64,000 nt of DNA from the human T2T-CHM13v2.0 reference genome, Homo sapiens (GCF_009914755.1 NC_060944.1); one strand, 5' to 3'; shown: positions 1 through 13,085, counted from the stretch's first letter. Notes: generated by a model not told the origin, from the letters alone. Numbers and translations are program-made.

Positions 1-1074
1 CTGACACTCTAGTCTTCTCCAATCCTACTTATTCAGCCGTTTGTTCCCATTAAATCTGTAACCTTGATTTACATAACATATTGGCCCAAGGATGCTCAGC
101 TAGCCCAGCTGCTACCATCAGTATGAGCACATTTGCCTAGCAGAGGTCAGTAAACTCTAACTCCCTCCAAACCCCATCCCTCTTGCCTTTCAGTCTTGCA
201 TCCAGCAAGTAGTTAATTCAGGCATTGTCATTTGCAACTTCCTTTTGACCTCCTCTCTTGAGTCTAAATATCCTTTGGTTTTAGAACTAGACTTGTTTCT
301 CATTTAATTTCCTTTACATCTCTCTAAACTCCGTTTCTTCTTTCCTCAGTATTCAACACATTTTTTATTCTCCAAAGCCTTGAGACATTTTGGGAACAAC
401 CAGTGGAGGAGAGGAAAGTAGAGCACCGAGTTTTAAGGGGATGGCGTAGATGTCAGGGACCTGAGTTGTTGGGGGAGTAGCCACACGTTAGGGACGCAAC
501 CTTGAAATACACAAAATAATTCAATAGTTTTTTTGTCTCTGTTATGTCGGGACAGATTTTTCCAAGTTACTTGAGACTTAATACTGATTCAGGGATCTTC
601 ATTAAACTAGAATGTCTTCTGCCAGAGTCTTTTTTTTTTTTTAATTGGTAACATAGGAAGGGAAATTGACTTTTGAGTGTTTGGCTTGGATGCCGTTACC
701 CTTATGATCATAATGAAGGGGCCCATTTGATAGTTTAGCAAGCTATTGACTCTTGCCACATAGGCACTGCATTGATGTAATCCTCGGGGCACAAATAGCC
801 ATGTTGCTGTCTCTGAAACAGTTTTCAGGCTTTTAGGGATATTTAAACATCAAAATGCTATTTGGGTTTTTTACTGGTAAGCAAGTGCTTTTAGAAGAAA
901 ACTGTGCTGCCCAGGCTTAATTAATTCTTTCATTAATTAGTTAATGAAATAAAGTCCTGCTTAAGGGTGAGGCCAGCAAGAGGGCATGTCCTTCGCAGCA
1001 ATGCCTTGCTCTTATTTCTCATAATCTGGGGAATGTTATAATCTTCATTCTCTTCAACATCGTGGTGACTCTTA

Positions 1075-1255
1075 GTGAGTACTGGACCCAGATCCTGACT
1101 TTCCCTTATTAGCTGTGTAATTGTGGGTAACGGCCTCTTAACTTTTCTGGCCTGTTTTCTCCTTTGAAAAATGGGGATCATACTCCCTGCCCTTCCAATC
1201 TCACAGGGTTATTGCGAAATCAAATATGATAATGCTTTTAAATTGTAAAGAGGTT
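1075..1255 (+). mobile_element. MIR SINE
   Basis: Core-like 'attagctgtgtaattgtgggtaacggcctcttaacttttctggcctgttttctcctttgaaaaatggggatcata...tcacagggttattgcg'. Confidence 0.7.
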
Positions 1256-1259
1256 ATAG

Positions 1260-1430
1260 CAGTGGGTTTCAGCTGGGGGTTTGTATTAAGATCACCAATG
1301 GAACTGAACAAATACAGATTCCCACACTGTACCCTAGACCTACCGTCTCAGTCTCTGTCTTTGGTATATTTTAGAAAGGTTTCAAACACATGTGATTCTA
1401 ATGTACAACTCTCACTAAGATCCACTTGTC
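1260..1430. mobile_element. MER5-type hAT-Charlie MITE (degenerate)
   Basis: cagtgggtttca... start, 'aaatacagattccc', 'gtgattctaatgtaca' motifs typical of MER5A/B. Confidence 0.5.
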
Positions 1431-2281
1431 TCAGGAAATGTGGACCTTCTTGTTAACCATTTTACTCTGGAGACTAATTTAAAACTCCATTTTCACTATG
1501 CTATTACCCATTCAGAAACTTACCTGGAGTGATGCTGTGCCTTCTACATCAGATCCCACCTTCTCTGCCTCTTACCCAGGCCCAGTTTGACCTTTTCATT
1601 TTCCAGTTTTGAAACATTGGCCTTTGTTACCTTTTAGATACCTTTTTTTTTTTTAAACCTATCTCCTGCTCTGCAAAGGTCAAAATTATCTTGACCTCTG
1701 TGTCTGGCTTTGTTCATACTCCCAACTCTACCAGGAATGACTGGCTCCTCTCTTCCATTCGTATTTCTAAATTTTACACACCCTTCGTGAAACAGCTTAA
1801 ATCCCTAATCTTCTGTGTAGCCTCTATCACTTTTAGAACTGAAAGGAAATCTGTAAGTTCTGTTGTAGATAAAAAATTTAAAATTGAGACCTATCGATAT
1901 TAAGTGCCTTGCCCAAACCCCTGTAGCTAGTTAGAGATAGAGCTAGGATTAAGACCCAAGCCTCCAGAATTTTCTTCATGCCCCCTTTCCATAGTACTTT
2001 GCCCCCAGCCTATACTGCCCACTTTCTTTTATAAAAAATCAACACCTTCATCTTTTTCCAATGGGTTCTCTTGCAAGAGTTGGCCTATCTGGGTTCTAGC
2101 ATCTACCCGTAACTGTGTGATGCTCGCCCTCATGGAGCATCTTCTCTCCATCTGTAAAGTGGAGATGACTCCATCACCTGGCCAACTTGAATATTCTTAT
2201 GTGTGCTGATTTTCTTTCTCCAAATATCTCTAAATTTTATAATTACAAGGACCATGTCTCTGTCATATCTGTACCTCCTCC

Positions 2282-2785
2282 CAGCTGTTCTCAAACTGTG
2301 GTTCCCAGCCAGGAGCATCAGCATCACCTAGTGCCTTGTTAGGCAAATTCTTGGGTCCACCCAGACCCACTGAGTCTGCAAAGTTGGAGTGGAGCCTGGT
2401 AGTCTGTGTTTGTTGCTGTTGTTGTTGTTTTTGTTGTTTTTGAGACGGAGTCTCACTCTGTCACCCAGGCTGGAGTGCAGTGGCGATCTTGGCTCACTGC
2501 AAGCTCCGTCTCCTGGGTTCACGCCATTCTCCTGCCTCAACCTCCTGAGTAGCTAGGACTACAGGCGCCCGCCACCACATCCGGCTAATTTTTTGTATTT
2601 TTAGTAGAGATGGGGTTTCACCGTATTAGCCAGGATGGTATCGATCTCCTGACCTTGTGATCCGCCCGCCTTGGCCTCCCAAAGTGCTGGGATTACAGGT
2701 GTAAGCCACTGCGCCCGGCCCAGTCTGAGTTTTAATAAGCCCTCAAGATGATTCTGATGTAAGCTGAAGTCTGAGAACCAAGGTT
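2282..2785. mobile_element. MER5A DNA transposon split by an AluY
   Basis: 'gttctcaaactgtggt...agcatcagcatcacctag...aaattcttgggtccacccagacc' before the Alu, 'tttaataagccctcaagatgattctgatg...agtctgagaacca' after it. Confidence 0.8.
2412..2720 (-). mobile_element. AluY, full length, with (CAA)n-like tail
   Basis: AluY diagnostics 'gcaagctcc', 'ttcacgccattct', 'tagccaggatgg'; TSD agtctg(t/a)gttt at ~2401 and ~2722. Confidence 0.9.
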
Positions 2786-3934
2786 CTAGAGTAATTATGT
2801 CTAGATTGCTTGATAAAACCTTACGATTTGACTGATCATCTCATATTTATTCAGTAATCCTTGAGTGATTCTTAAGTGAGTGGCACACTGGTGACAGCAT
2901 TCTAGTGTTGGATTTCTCCTTTTTGTACTGGTAGCCTAGCAGTATATAGAGATATTCATGGATCTCTTCATCCAACAAATCAACCCCCACTAATTTATTC
3001 TTATGAGGATAAAAACCACTGCAGATGATTGCATTAAATGGATTAACAGGTAAGTAGATAACAGTAGTGTGAGAGATGCTGCATCACAATTAATGTTTTT
3101 AATGGGGAATACAAGCTTATTAAGATATTACGTACTATTGAAAATAACAGCAAAACCAAGTATAAGATTCCCTCTTGTTACCCAGTTAAATCAATGCTTC
3201 AGAAACAGTTGCAGCGTTCAGTTAAGTTATATTACATGTACAACTGGTTGATGCTAAAGTTCTTAGCCTCTATGACCAGAGGTTGGGATTTTGTAGGGCA
3301 CAATCTGCTTTGACAATTGTACAGAGCTGTAGATATGTCTGAACCTGCCCCATGTGTTCCAGGTAGCAGAGGTGAGCTACAGATATAACCTGCAGCTTCT
3401 GGCTGTGAGTGGTAGCATAATTGTTTTGTACTTTCCAGAAAAGCAGCAGCTCCCAAAAAGGTGAAGTGTAATTTTATTCAAGGCTAGTACATGCTGAGTA
3501 CAAACCTATGCATGACTCTATAATTACTCTGACAGCTGAAAGATTTAAGAGAGCCAGGCTCCTGGATAGAAGAGAGCCCTACAAGTTCCAAGTCCCGCTG
3601 ATTAACTTTGCAAAATCCAAGAGACTATACCTGCTAAGTAAAATCTCCTTTCTCCTGATTTTGAATAAATGTCTTTGAAATTTGGCAGTTTGGTATTGTG
3701 CAATCTCTGGCTGGGATTTAAACAGAAATAAAATATGCTTTGTAAGTGTTGTCTTTGGCTAGACATGAAAGATTACTTTCCTTTCTTCCCACCTGGCCTA
3801 ATTTCTTCTATTTCTTTTCTACCAGATTAAAACATTTGGTTGTCATCATCATCATCATCACCACTAAGTTTTCATCATCTGATATGAGTTTCATGTATTG
3901 ACTGCTCACTACATGCTAAAGTGTTTTTCTAGAA

Positions 3935-4353
<419 letters not shown>

Positions 4354-5079
4354 TAAAGAAATCCCAGAGAGAGAGGAAATGGTGTTGCCCAAACCACATG
4401 GGAACCACGTGAGAGAGCCTGTGAGCATTGGGCCTTGGCATCTTTGAAGCCACCTCCTCTTGCCAAGCTGCTTCTCAGCTGGCACTGCTTTTAGGTTCTG
4501 AAGCATTGCAGAGCTCAGCGTTGGGGAGTTATCGGGCCTCATCATTTTGGTTTCCTGATTAGATTCTTCCTTCATGCCAATTTCTCAGTCAGAACTTATA
4601 TTTTAATTTAAAAATGATGAAGTTATCAGTCTGGTTTTTAAAAACTTACTTTGGTTAAATTGGAAACTCTTAGTAGTGTCTTACAGCAAAAGGTGGAGAT
4701 TTCCTGTGGAACCAAGAATTCTCAGTAGCAAGAAACTCAGCTGGTCGGTGCCTGTTATGTATACACCAGTTCCCTTAGTACAGCCACTTCATGAGGAAGA
4801 TATTAATTTGGCCAGTCTCATAGCTGGTAACTGTTAGAGCTCAGATTCTAATGCAGATATTTCTGGTTATGGTTGTCAGAAAAACTTGTGGTACCTACTG
4901 TGTGTTAGGTACTTTCATATTATGTTTTTAAATTCTCATAGTAACTCTCCAAATAAGTGGGATTTTTTTTCTATTTCTTTTTTCTTTTTTTCATGTCAGT
5001 GCCCTTAATCAAAAAAGTGCTATTTTTTATTTTCATTTTACAGATGAGGAAACTGAGACTGAGAATGTTTCTTGGGTCA

Positions 5080-5605
5080 TAGATTCCCATTGTCAGCTTA
5101 CAGCATTCTTAGTGTCTCAGTAATTCTGTTTTTACAGCACCGCTATGCCAAAAAGTACCTAATAGTCTCATTTATTAAGTAGTTATGTCCAAACCATTTA
5201 ATATATATTTATGTCCTTACAATTTATTAGCCATTTGAGAAGATAATACACACAAATTGAAAGAAAAAATATTTTTATTTCATTCTTAAATATCATAGTT
5301 ACTTCCTAATGGTATGTGTGCCTTTTGGTACTGCTCAAATCCTTAAACCTTAGGATCAGATTGAACGCTACGACCATCATTCTGATTTCACATCGATTTT
5401 CACAGTTATTTTTGTCAGAGCAGCTATCCAAACGCAGCTCCACAAAGATATGATGTCACCAGAAGAAATGTAACTTGAGCTCCTGGTTAATGCAGTGTTC
5501 AACAGATGTCACATTTCACTGTGTTCTCCTTGAAAATTTAACATATCCTGTGGTGAATTAAATATGGCACCCCAGTTGCCACAGCGCAAAGTTGGAGAAC
5601 TGCAG
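5080..5605 (-). mobile_element. MER119-like hAT-Charlie DNA transposon
   Basis: Matches the remembered MER119 consensus in reverse ('cttagtgtctcagtaatt', 'ttattaagtagttatgtccaaac', 'caaagatatgatgtca', end 'agttggagaactgc'); sits within a MIR remnant. Confidence 0.75.
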
Positions 5606-7417
5606 ATTTGAGTCAACCTTAGGTGTGTCTAATGCCAGATCTGTGTTTTATTTTCCTTTTTTAAAATTTGATATTTCTACAAAATTAATTTTAATTCAGT
5701 GTAAGGTTTTTAAATGCCACAACAGTGGACAGAGTTCAGATCTAAGTTACCCCTGTTTGTTCTCTTGCTTAATTCTGTGTCTTCCCTATAGCAGGTGCCT
5801 AATAAGTATTTATTGAAAGGAAGAAAAACTCCCCCCAACTTGAAAACAGGAGCTTACAAAATTGAATAAAGGACAAGAGGCATTAGATCCACAGAAAGGC
5901 CATGGCTCTAGTGACCTACTGTCTTTTGGCTTCTTTCAGTTAAGTGTCTTGTTTTAAACAAGAACCATGGCCCTTGCAATGCTAATGTATAAGTTGGTGT
6001 GGCTTAAATCTTTTAAAATATAATAGCAGTACTTGGAACTTACATAATTTGAGTGGGAAATTTTATTCGCAAATCCTTGATTTTGATAGAGATGCTTACT
6101 CCTTGGCTTTTCACCTTCATGTTTTGATTTTCGTTAATATGAAACCATTTTTCTTAAAGTGAAACATACCACAGGTTGCATTTAAGCCCTGACTATTATG
6201 CTGAATTTCTTGAAACAAGGCTTCAAGCTCGCCCAGGGAGCATACCTTACATTTAGCACATGTAAGACCTTGCATTTATAGATCTTTTAACCTAAGATGG
6301 TCATACTTGGTTGACCTCCTGAAACCCTGTAGGCTGCACTTAGCTTGATGAGGAAGACGTGCACAGAAAACTGAAATGATACTGAATATTGCTTGATTAG
6401 GTACAACTCTTCCTCTTTAAGTATAAAACCAATATCTAAACAGATCTGTGAATGGCGGTAAGGTGACGGAAGTGTTAGTTCCAAGATAAACACTTCCCTT
6501 GTCTTTTCCAAGTACAGAAATTCTTTGTCATTTCAAAAACACAGATAGGTAGCAAAGGTTGCTGCTGATTAATAATCATTGTTTACATGCCTGCATTTTA
6601 AGGATCATGGGCACCATAAATAAAAACACACCACTGAGACTCGCTCCTCTCTATGCACCTTTATCCAGGGGGCAGTGATAATGGTGAGATATTTAAGTCT
6701 CACTACCGAAGCAACACTGAGGACAGCCATGAAAGATAGTCTGTGCAGTAGATGTGTCCCCTCTGAAACTCCCAAATAGCAGAGCATGCAGCGGGGAAAG
6801 AATTGTGGGTAGTAATTTGGGTGTTAAAATATTAACACATTTTTGCATATTTAATGTGGTTTCTGTTTTAAGTAGTAGGCAGATTATGGCATGCAAGCAG
6901 ATAAGTTTATGATTTCAAATTAAATTTTAAGCATTAAAAAAATCCAGAAGGAACTACTTTGTGATAAATACATTCAGTTAATCAAGAATTGCTTTCTTCT
7001 CTGCTCATATATTAACTAATTTATAGCCTAATTTCATGATTGTAACTTGTGAATTAAGCTTCATGGTGAGTTTTAATCTTAAAAGTTCAAAACTCTCATT
7101 CATCTAGTTCACATTTGGGTACTATGGGCTAGACATATATAATCTCTGGACTCAAAATGGGAAATCTTGGAAGTCTTCACCGAGGAGGTAACCTTAATAC
7201 CTGGGCATTAAGAGTGTGAGAGCCATTGTTTCAATCTGTCACTTTACTTGGTTCTGGTCTCTTGAGAGCAGAGGCAGACGTTTTTACCCTTAACTGCCTT
7301 TTCCTTTTCTAACTTCTGCTTCTCTCTAACTCAGATCATAGTACTCGTGAAAAATTTGTCCTGGGGAAGGAAGCAAGACCCCTTAACATTTTTCTCATTT
7401 CTCCTATTTCCCCATAG

Positions 7418-7490
7418 GCAAAGATGCCTTTTGATGCCAACAAACTGTATTGCAGTGAAGTGCTGGCCATATTGCTCCAGGACAATGATG
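7418..7490 (+). CDS. CTNNBL1: CTNNBL1 internal coding exon (probably exon 8), 73 nt, AKMPFDANKLYCSEVLAILLQDND+G
   Basis: Polypyrimidine tract + cccatag| acceptor (AG 7416-7417); donor GATG|gtgagg at 7491. Translation recognised as CTNNBL1 armadillo region; phase 0 in, phase 1 out, joins the next exon in frame (G+AA=Glu). Confidence 0.96.
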
Positions 7491-7726
7491 GTGAGGCGCC
7501 CTCTCAGTATTGATATTCTGTTAGGATAGGAGCCAGGCTTGTTTCAGATCATGACAGCAAGCTCTCTTGCCTTTGGCATCCCCTTGCTCTCCCTCTCACT
7601 CCCTGTGCTGCTTTTGTACTCTGTCAAGCTGTATTGATTTTGTTTGCTGATGTATCAGTGTTAGACGGCTGTAAAATCTGACAGTTAGGTTCATTTTTTT
7701 TCTTCCTCTATTTTTTTCCCCTTTAG

Positions 7727-7785
7727 AAAACAGGGAATTGCTTGGGGAGCTGGATGGAATCGATGTGCTTCTTCAGCAGTTATCC
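7727..7785 (+). CDS. CTNNBL1: CTNNBL1 internal coding exon (probably exon 9), 59 nt, (E)NRELLGELDGIDVLLQQLS
   Basis: Long T/C tract + ctttag| acceptor; donor TCC|gtgagt at 7786; phase 1 in, phase 0 out, continuous frame with both neighbours; 236-nt intron upstream. Confidence 0.96.
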
Positions 7786-8207
7786 GTGAGTAATTCTTAT
7801 GCTTCCTGTCTGCTGTAAGATACATGGTCTGCTTTGAATGGGAGGTGGAGCTGGAAACTGTGGGAAGGAATAAGCCATGTGCTGCAAGCCATATGGAGCA
7901 TGTTGGCAGGTTTGAGGGTTATACGGAGGGACATGGTTTGCCTCCTTTTCTTAGTCATTTGCTCTTTATGACCAGACATCACTGTGTATCAGTTCTGAAC
8001 TTTCTTCATCTTCTGATATGATATTGTCAACTCAAAAAAGATGTGCCTCATGCTTAAGTGTGTATGTTCTGGGCCAAGCATACCAAATTATTTTCATTTG
8101 ACCCACTGCCAAGATTATTCACCAACCTTCCTTTCAATCTGCTGTGAAAATGGAGTATGTTCATTTAGGATCTGAATAAGCTCAAGGAGTACAAGTTCCA
8201 CTGCAGT

Positions 8208-8235
8208 GGGGTGGGGGTCAAGGGGAGGATAGGGG
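8208..8235 (+). other. Canonical G-quadruplex motif (four runs of >=4 G)
   Basis: GGGG-T-GGGGG-TCAA-GGGG-AGGATA-GGGG read directly; formation in vivo not shown. Confidence 0.6.
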
Positions 8236-9259
8236 AGGATGTGGTGCTGAAGGCTGGAGTGAGAACTTGGAAACTGCCATTTTCTCACTGTAAGAAATGT
8301 AAATCCAGTTGAAATGTTATTCTGCTGGCATTCTGAAAATACTGTTAAGATTTCCTCTTACAAGTTTTAGCTGTGTTATTCTAAAAACAGGACTGAAAAT
8401 AGATCATTTGGATAAAATCTTAAGAGTGTTGGGAGAGTCTGAGATGTCAGTTTGCATACAGCTTCCATCTTGGTGCCAGCAGCCTGAGTGTCTTGGCCTC
8501 CACCCCAAAAATAGAGCTTTGAAATGTGAATCTGTTTCCAGTTCTGGGAAGGTGCTTAGTCCTTTTCCTGTGAGATTATTGATCTTCTTGTAGTAGACTG
8601 TATGGGTATGCATATACAGTTTAAAGGCTTCTCTTAACATGCCTTACATCTCTGGCAAAAAGAAAACTAATGCTGTAAGCCCTTCCCATGAATTAAAGCC
8701 CCAGCTCCCCTGTGAGGGAATTCAGTAGCCTTGGTTGTCAGGAAATGCTTCCTTATATTGAGCCACGATTCAGCCCTCTGGATTGTGGTTGCTTTTAGAA
8801 GGGAAAGAAATGAGATATGGTTGGGTTGGGCAAGTGGAGGGCTTTGAGGGGAGTTGGCAAAGTTGTTTCTCATCCTGGATAATGATTTCAGGGGTGTTCA
8901 CTTCATTTAGTTTTATATGTCCTTTATGGAGTTTTTCTGTATCTGTGTTATATTTCACGATAAAAAGATTTTGTTTTTTATTGGGTTTTGGTTTTTAAAA
9001 AAATCTGCTTGCCTGGAACTGTCAATTACTGATGGACCCAGTGGTCAGTAGAGTGTTTTGGCTTTTTTTTTTGCATGTATTTAATATATGTGAATCATTT
9101 AGTTTCTCTAAAATGGAAACTGATGAGAATTTTGTTTGGTGAGCTTCTGTTTCCTCAGTCGTAGAGTTATGACCCACAGGTTTTAGGAATTGTTGGATGG
9201 AGGCTCATGAAAAGACATTCTCTTATAGCTCTGTGCTTTGTGCTGTTTTTGCTTGACAG

Positions 9260-9408
9260 GTGTTTAAAAGACACAATCCCAGCACGGCTGAGGAGCAGGA
9301 GATGATGGAGAATCTGTTTGATTCCCTCTGCTCCTGTCTAATGCTTAGTTCCAATCGTGAGCGCTTCCTGAAGGGCGAGGGTCTTCAGCTGATGAATCTC
9401 ATGCTCAG
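9260..9408 (+). CDS. CTNNBL1: CTNNBL1 internal coding exon (probably exon 10), 149 nt, VFKRHNPSTAEEQEMMENLFDSLCSCLMLSSNRERFLKGEGLQLMNLML+AG
   Basis: ttgacag| acceptor, CAG|gtatgt donor at 9409; matches ORF 9260..9469 up to the donor; the EEQEMMENLFD and FLKGEGLQLM motifs are characteristic of CTNNBL1. Confidence 0.97.
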
Positions 9409-10802
9409 GTATGTTTCGAATGCCCTAGTTCTCCCACCTTTTTTGCCTGACTTTTCACTGTTAGCCTGAATTCAAGAGCATGTAGCTATGATCATTTATT
9501 CTGTTGGGTTTCCTAGACTTTACCCTGAAGAGTAAAGTCTTCAGGCATGGGGGGATGTGTTTGTATAGGTATGTGGTCTTTCCTAAAGTTAGAGTAGATG
9601 AATAAAAAGTATATTGTGTTCTGTTTGTGCCCTACTGTGGTGGTTGCTAATACGTCCACTCCATTGAAGGACATTGGTGTTTTTCCTCTCCTTCCCATAG
9701 TGTGTTAGTTTTGGGGAAATCTAGCCATTACTTCTAAACTTGGACTAATTTTCTGTATATATCACATAGACCTATCTATGCCATATGTTTGTATTTTTAT
9801 TGAAAGCAGCGTATCATTCATATTTTTCACTCCTCATTCAGTAATGAGTTGTACATGTGCTGTATGCCTAGCTTAGGAAATATGAAAACGTGCAAGACAG
9901 TTCTAGAAACTTTTATTTATAGTACTTTCCTTGTGTGTCTTATTATTTATACGCTAATTCCTGAAAGTGGATCTTATATTAGTTTCACAGTTATTTTATA
10001 GAATCCTAAAGTTAGAAGCAAAAAGGGGAGAGGAAGCTTATGTTGATAACTCTTGAGACCCTGTCTAGGAAGGGGAGTAGAGAAGTGTGTGGGGGAAGGC
10101 TGAGGGGATAACCAGACTGTGGTATAGGGTCAAGGGACTTAAAAAAAAAAATCGAGCATGTTTATGTGGTTGGAAGATTCTAGTCATTATGAATTGTGCC
10201 CTACAGAGGAGCAAGTTGAGATTTAAAAAAAAAAAAAACAAGAAAAAAAGAAATGGAGCCAGAGTCTGCTGTCTTAAAACTTCAAGTATACTGAAAGTTC
10301 TGTTGAACTAAGATATTTCTTTGGAAAGGTTTTTCATAAATGTGATATATATTTGTTAAATAGAATTTAGAATACTAACATATAAAACTGCTATTAAAAC
10401 ATTGACAAGGTACTATGTTAAGTACTGGGCATACACAGAAATACCTAAGACAGAATTTCTGTCTCCACAAAGTTAGGAAAACAGTTCTGTGAGCTAAACA
10501 CAGCCTGTCTTTGGGTGTATATTTTCTTCTAGTCTTTTTTTCTATAATTTTTAACAACTTTTTAAGCCTGCCACACATAGGATTTTCTGTATTGCTACAT
10601 TTCAGACATAAGATGCTGTTTCCCATGCTGTGAATAATCTTCATGAGAGTTTTCAGTAACTGCATCATGGCCTCTAAGGGACTGTAGCTTACTTAGTATT
10701 CTTCTGTTGTTGGCATTGAGGATATTTCCAATGTTTTGCCGTTATAACAAATTCTACAGTGACCATTTTTGTGTTTAAAATGATGTTAGGATTATCCAGG
10801 TA

Positions 10803-10994
10803 CAGTAAGTCCTCACTTAACATCATCAGTAACATTCTTGGAAACCATAACTTTAAGCGAAATGATGTATAATGAAACCAGTTTTTCTGATCATTGTTAT
10901 AACGGTGTTATTTGAGGATCTGACCTCCTATATCCCGTTTTACTTAAAGTTGCCATTTCCAAGTCTATCTATGATGTTAAGTGATGACTTACTG
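10803..10994. mobile_element. MER6-family (Tigger/TcMar) MITE with 24-bp terminal inverted repeats
   Basis: Left CAGTAAGTCCTCACTTAACATCAT vs reverse complement of 10971-10994 CAGTAAGTCATCACTTAACATCAT (23/24); TA on the left flank. Confidence 0.8.
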
Positions 10995-12596
10995 TGTATA
11001 TTTCTAAAATATATTATCTTTAAAAGGCTTCTGGGGGGCTGGAGGCACAGTAGACCTCTTCATTTGTCCAGTGTGTACCAGACCTTGCATTGACCAAAAG
11101 TCTTCCTTTGAGGAATTGCTTTTAAAAACAATTTTTAAAAAAATGCAGAGAGGAGCATGAGAAATTACTCAGAGGCCTTTTGTGTTTAGCTGATTTTTGC
11201 TAGCTTTACTCTCTTGAGTCTTTTGTTTATCTCCCTTACCCTTCTAATTGCTTGTCCTTTTGTTGAAATGACCCACCTTCTCTCAAGTAAATAGCATAAA
11301 TAGAAGATACATTTGGCTTCTTGGATCTTCTAACCTTAACACAATGTTCTGAAGGGACTTTTCCTTAAGCTTCTTAAAGGTCTGAATTGCCAGTGTCTTT
11401 GGTTGGTTGAGTGCAAATATGAAGTGATATATTTCTGCAGCATATGGCTAGGTATTGCATAGCAGAGGGGAGCTGAATAAATAACCAGAAATATGGATTA
11501 TTCAAACAGGAATGCTGAGATTCAGGGAGGCTAATTAAAGGAGAGCTCCAAAAAACTTAGAAACTGTACCTCTCTAGATCTCCTAACTTCATTTTTGAAT
11601 GCTGAAGTTGCTGTTACATTCATTCTTTGGCATTAATTAGCTATATTAGCAGATTCAGCATTTCCTTTTTTCTCATTCCCATACTCTTTGTTCTGTGTTA
11701 TTTTTCTTCAGACTCCCAAATGGAAAGTTTAATTGGGATGGAATTTTTTTTCCATACTATAGTCACCCTTTCTGATCTTCTAGTAAGAGCTGCCAGGTGG
11801 CTCTTTGTCTAGAGAGAGCCTATTCAAGACTATGAAGCTGTAACACTAGAAGTTCAGGAAAGTTTCTGTGGTTCCATTGCCCCTAAATATAGATCTTTAC
11901 TTTGACTCAGTCATTCATCAGACAGTTGTGAAATGCCCACATGGAGAGGTGGCAGTATGGAGCAGGGTGGAAGAATGGGCCTGGGACTTGTAAGTGTGGG
12001 TTTGGAACATGCTCTTTTACTTACTAGCTCTGGATATTTGGTGAGTTACTTTAACCTTTGTGACCTTCTCACCCTCAGTTTTTCATCTGAAAACCGGCAC
12101 TAATAATACCAAATTTACAGGTATTTTGGCAGAATTAAACTATATAAAGTATCTAGGAGAATTCTACAGTTGCAAAACACTGCTAAGGTACTATGTTAAC
12201 TTTCTACGTTAAGTGCTAGGTTTATACAGAGATGAACAAAACAGGGTTCCTGCCTCCAAGAAGCTCAAAGGCTAGTGAGGGATGCACACATTAAATAACT
12301 ATAATATAATTTAATATGATGACGCTTCAGGAGAACAGTTACTTTTGCATGTATATATACTCAGTGAATTTTTTTCCTTTCTGATTATTGATGAAGAAAG
12401 ATCACAAACAAGATACTCATTGATACATACTCCCTCCTTCCCACACATATGTGCACACACACACAAGCATATATTCACTACCAATTTAATATTTTTGTCT
12501 ACTTTATTGAGGCATAATTTTTATACAGTAAAATGTACGCATTTTAAGTGTACAGTTTTGACAGATGTTTCCACCACCACAGTGAAGATGTAGAAC

Positions 12597-13085
12597 AGCA
12601 CTATCCAGTCGAAATGTAATGTGAGATAGGTAATTTTACATTTTGTAGTAGCTACCACATTTAAAGGGTTAAAAGAAACAAAAATAATTTTAATAATGTA
12701 TTTTATTTAACATAGTAAGTCAAAAATTATTTCAACATGTAATCAATATGACAAAATTATTAGTAAGCCATTTCACATTCATTTTTTGAGACTAAGTTTT
12801 CAAAATCCAGTGAACATTTTACATTTACATCCCAATTCAGATGCTAAATTTTCATCAGAATGCTTGATTTGTATTTAGATTTCATAAAATTTAGAGTTGA
12901 AAACATAGATTCTCATACTTAAGTTTGTCCAAAGATACTTAAATGTTTTCCAATAAGTCCAGTATCAATTTTTAAATTTTAAACTTAAATTTATTTAAAT
13001 TATATTTAAAATTTAGTTTCTCAGTTACAATAGCCACATTTCAGATGCTCAGTAGCTACACAGTGTCTACCATATAGGATGATGT
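12597..13085. mobile_element. Charlie1/MER33-family hAT DNA transposon inserted in an old L1ME 3' end
   Basis: MER3/MER33-type motifs ('atttcaacatgtaatcaatat', 'tagccacatttcagatgctcagtagctacaca'); L1ME 3'-UTR sequence on both sides (12500-12595, 13090-13125). Confidence 0.7.

Noticed and set aside
6660-6678. CTCF-like motifs (here, ~11790, ~30020)
   Set aside because: Partial matches with mismatches at informative positions; cannot be supported without a PWM scan or ChIP data.
9409-9469. C-terminal tails of ORFs 9260..9469 and 32974..33192 as coding
   Set aside because: Read-through past canonical donors into intron; similarity to CTNNBL1 stops at the donor.
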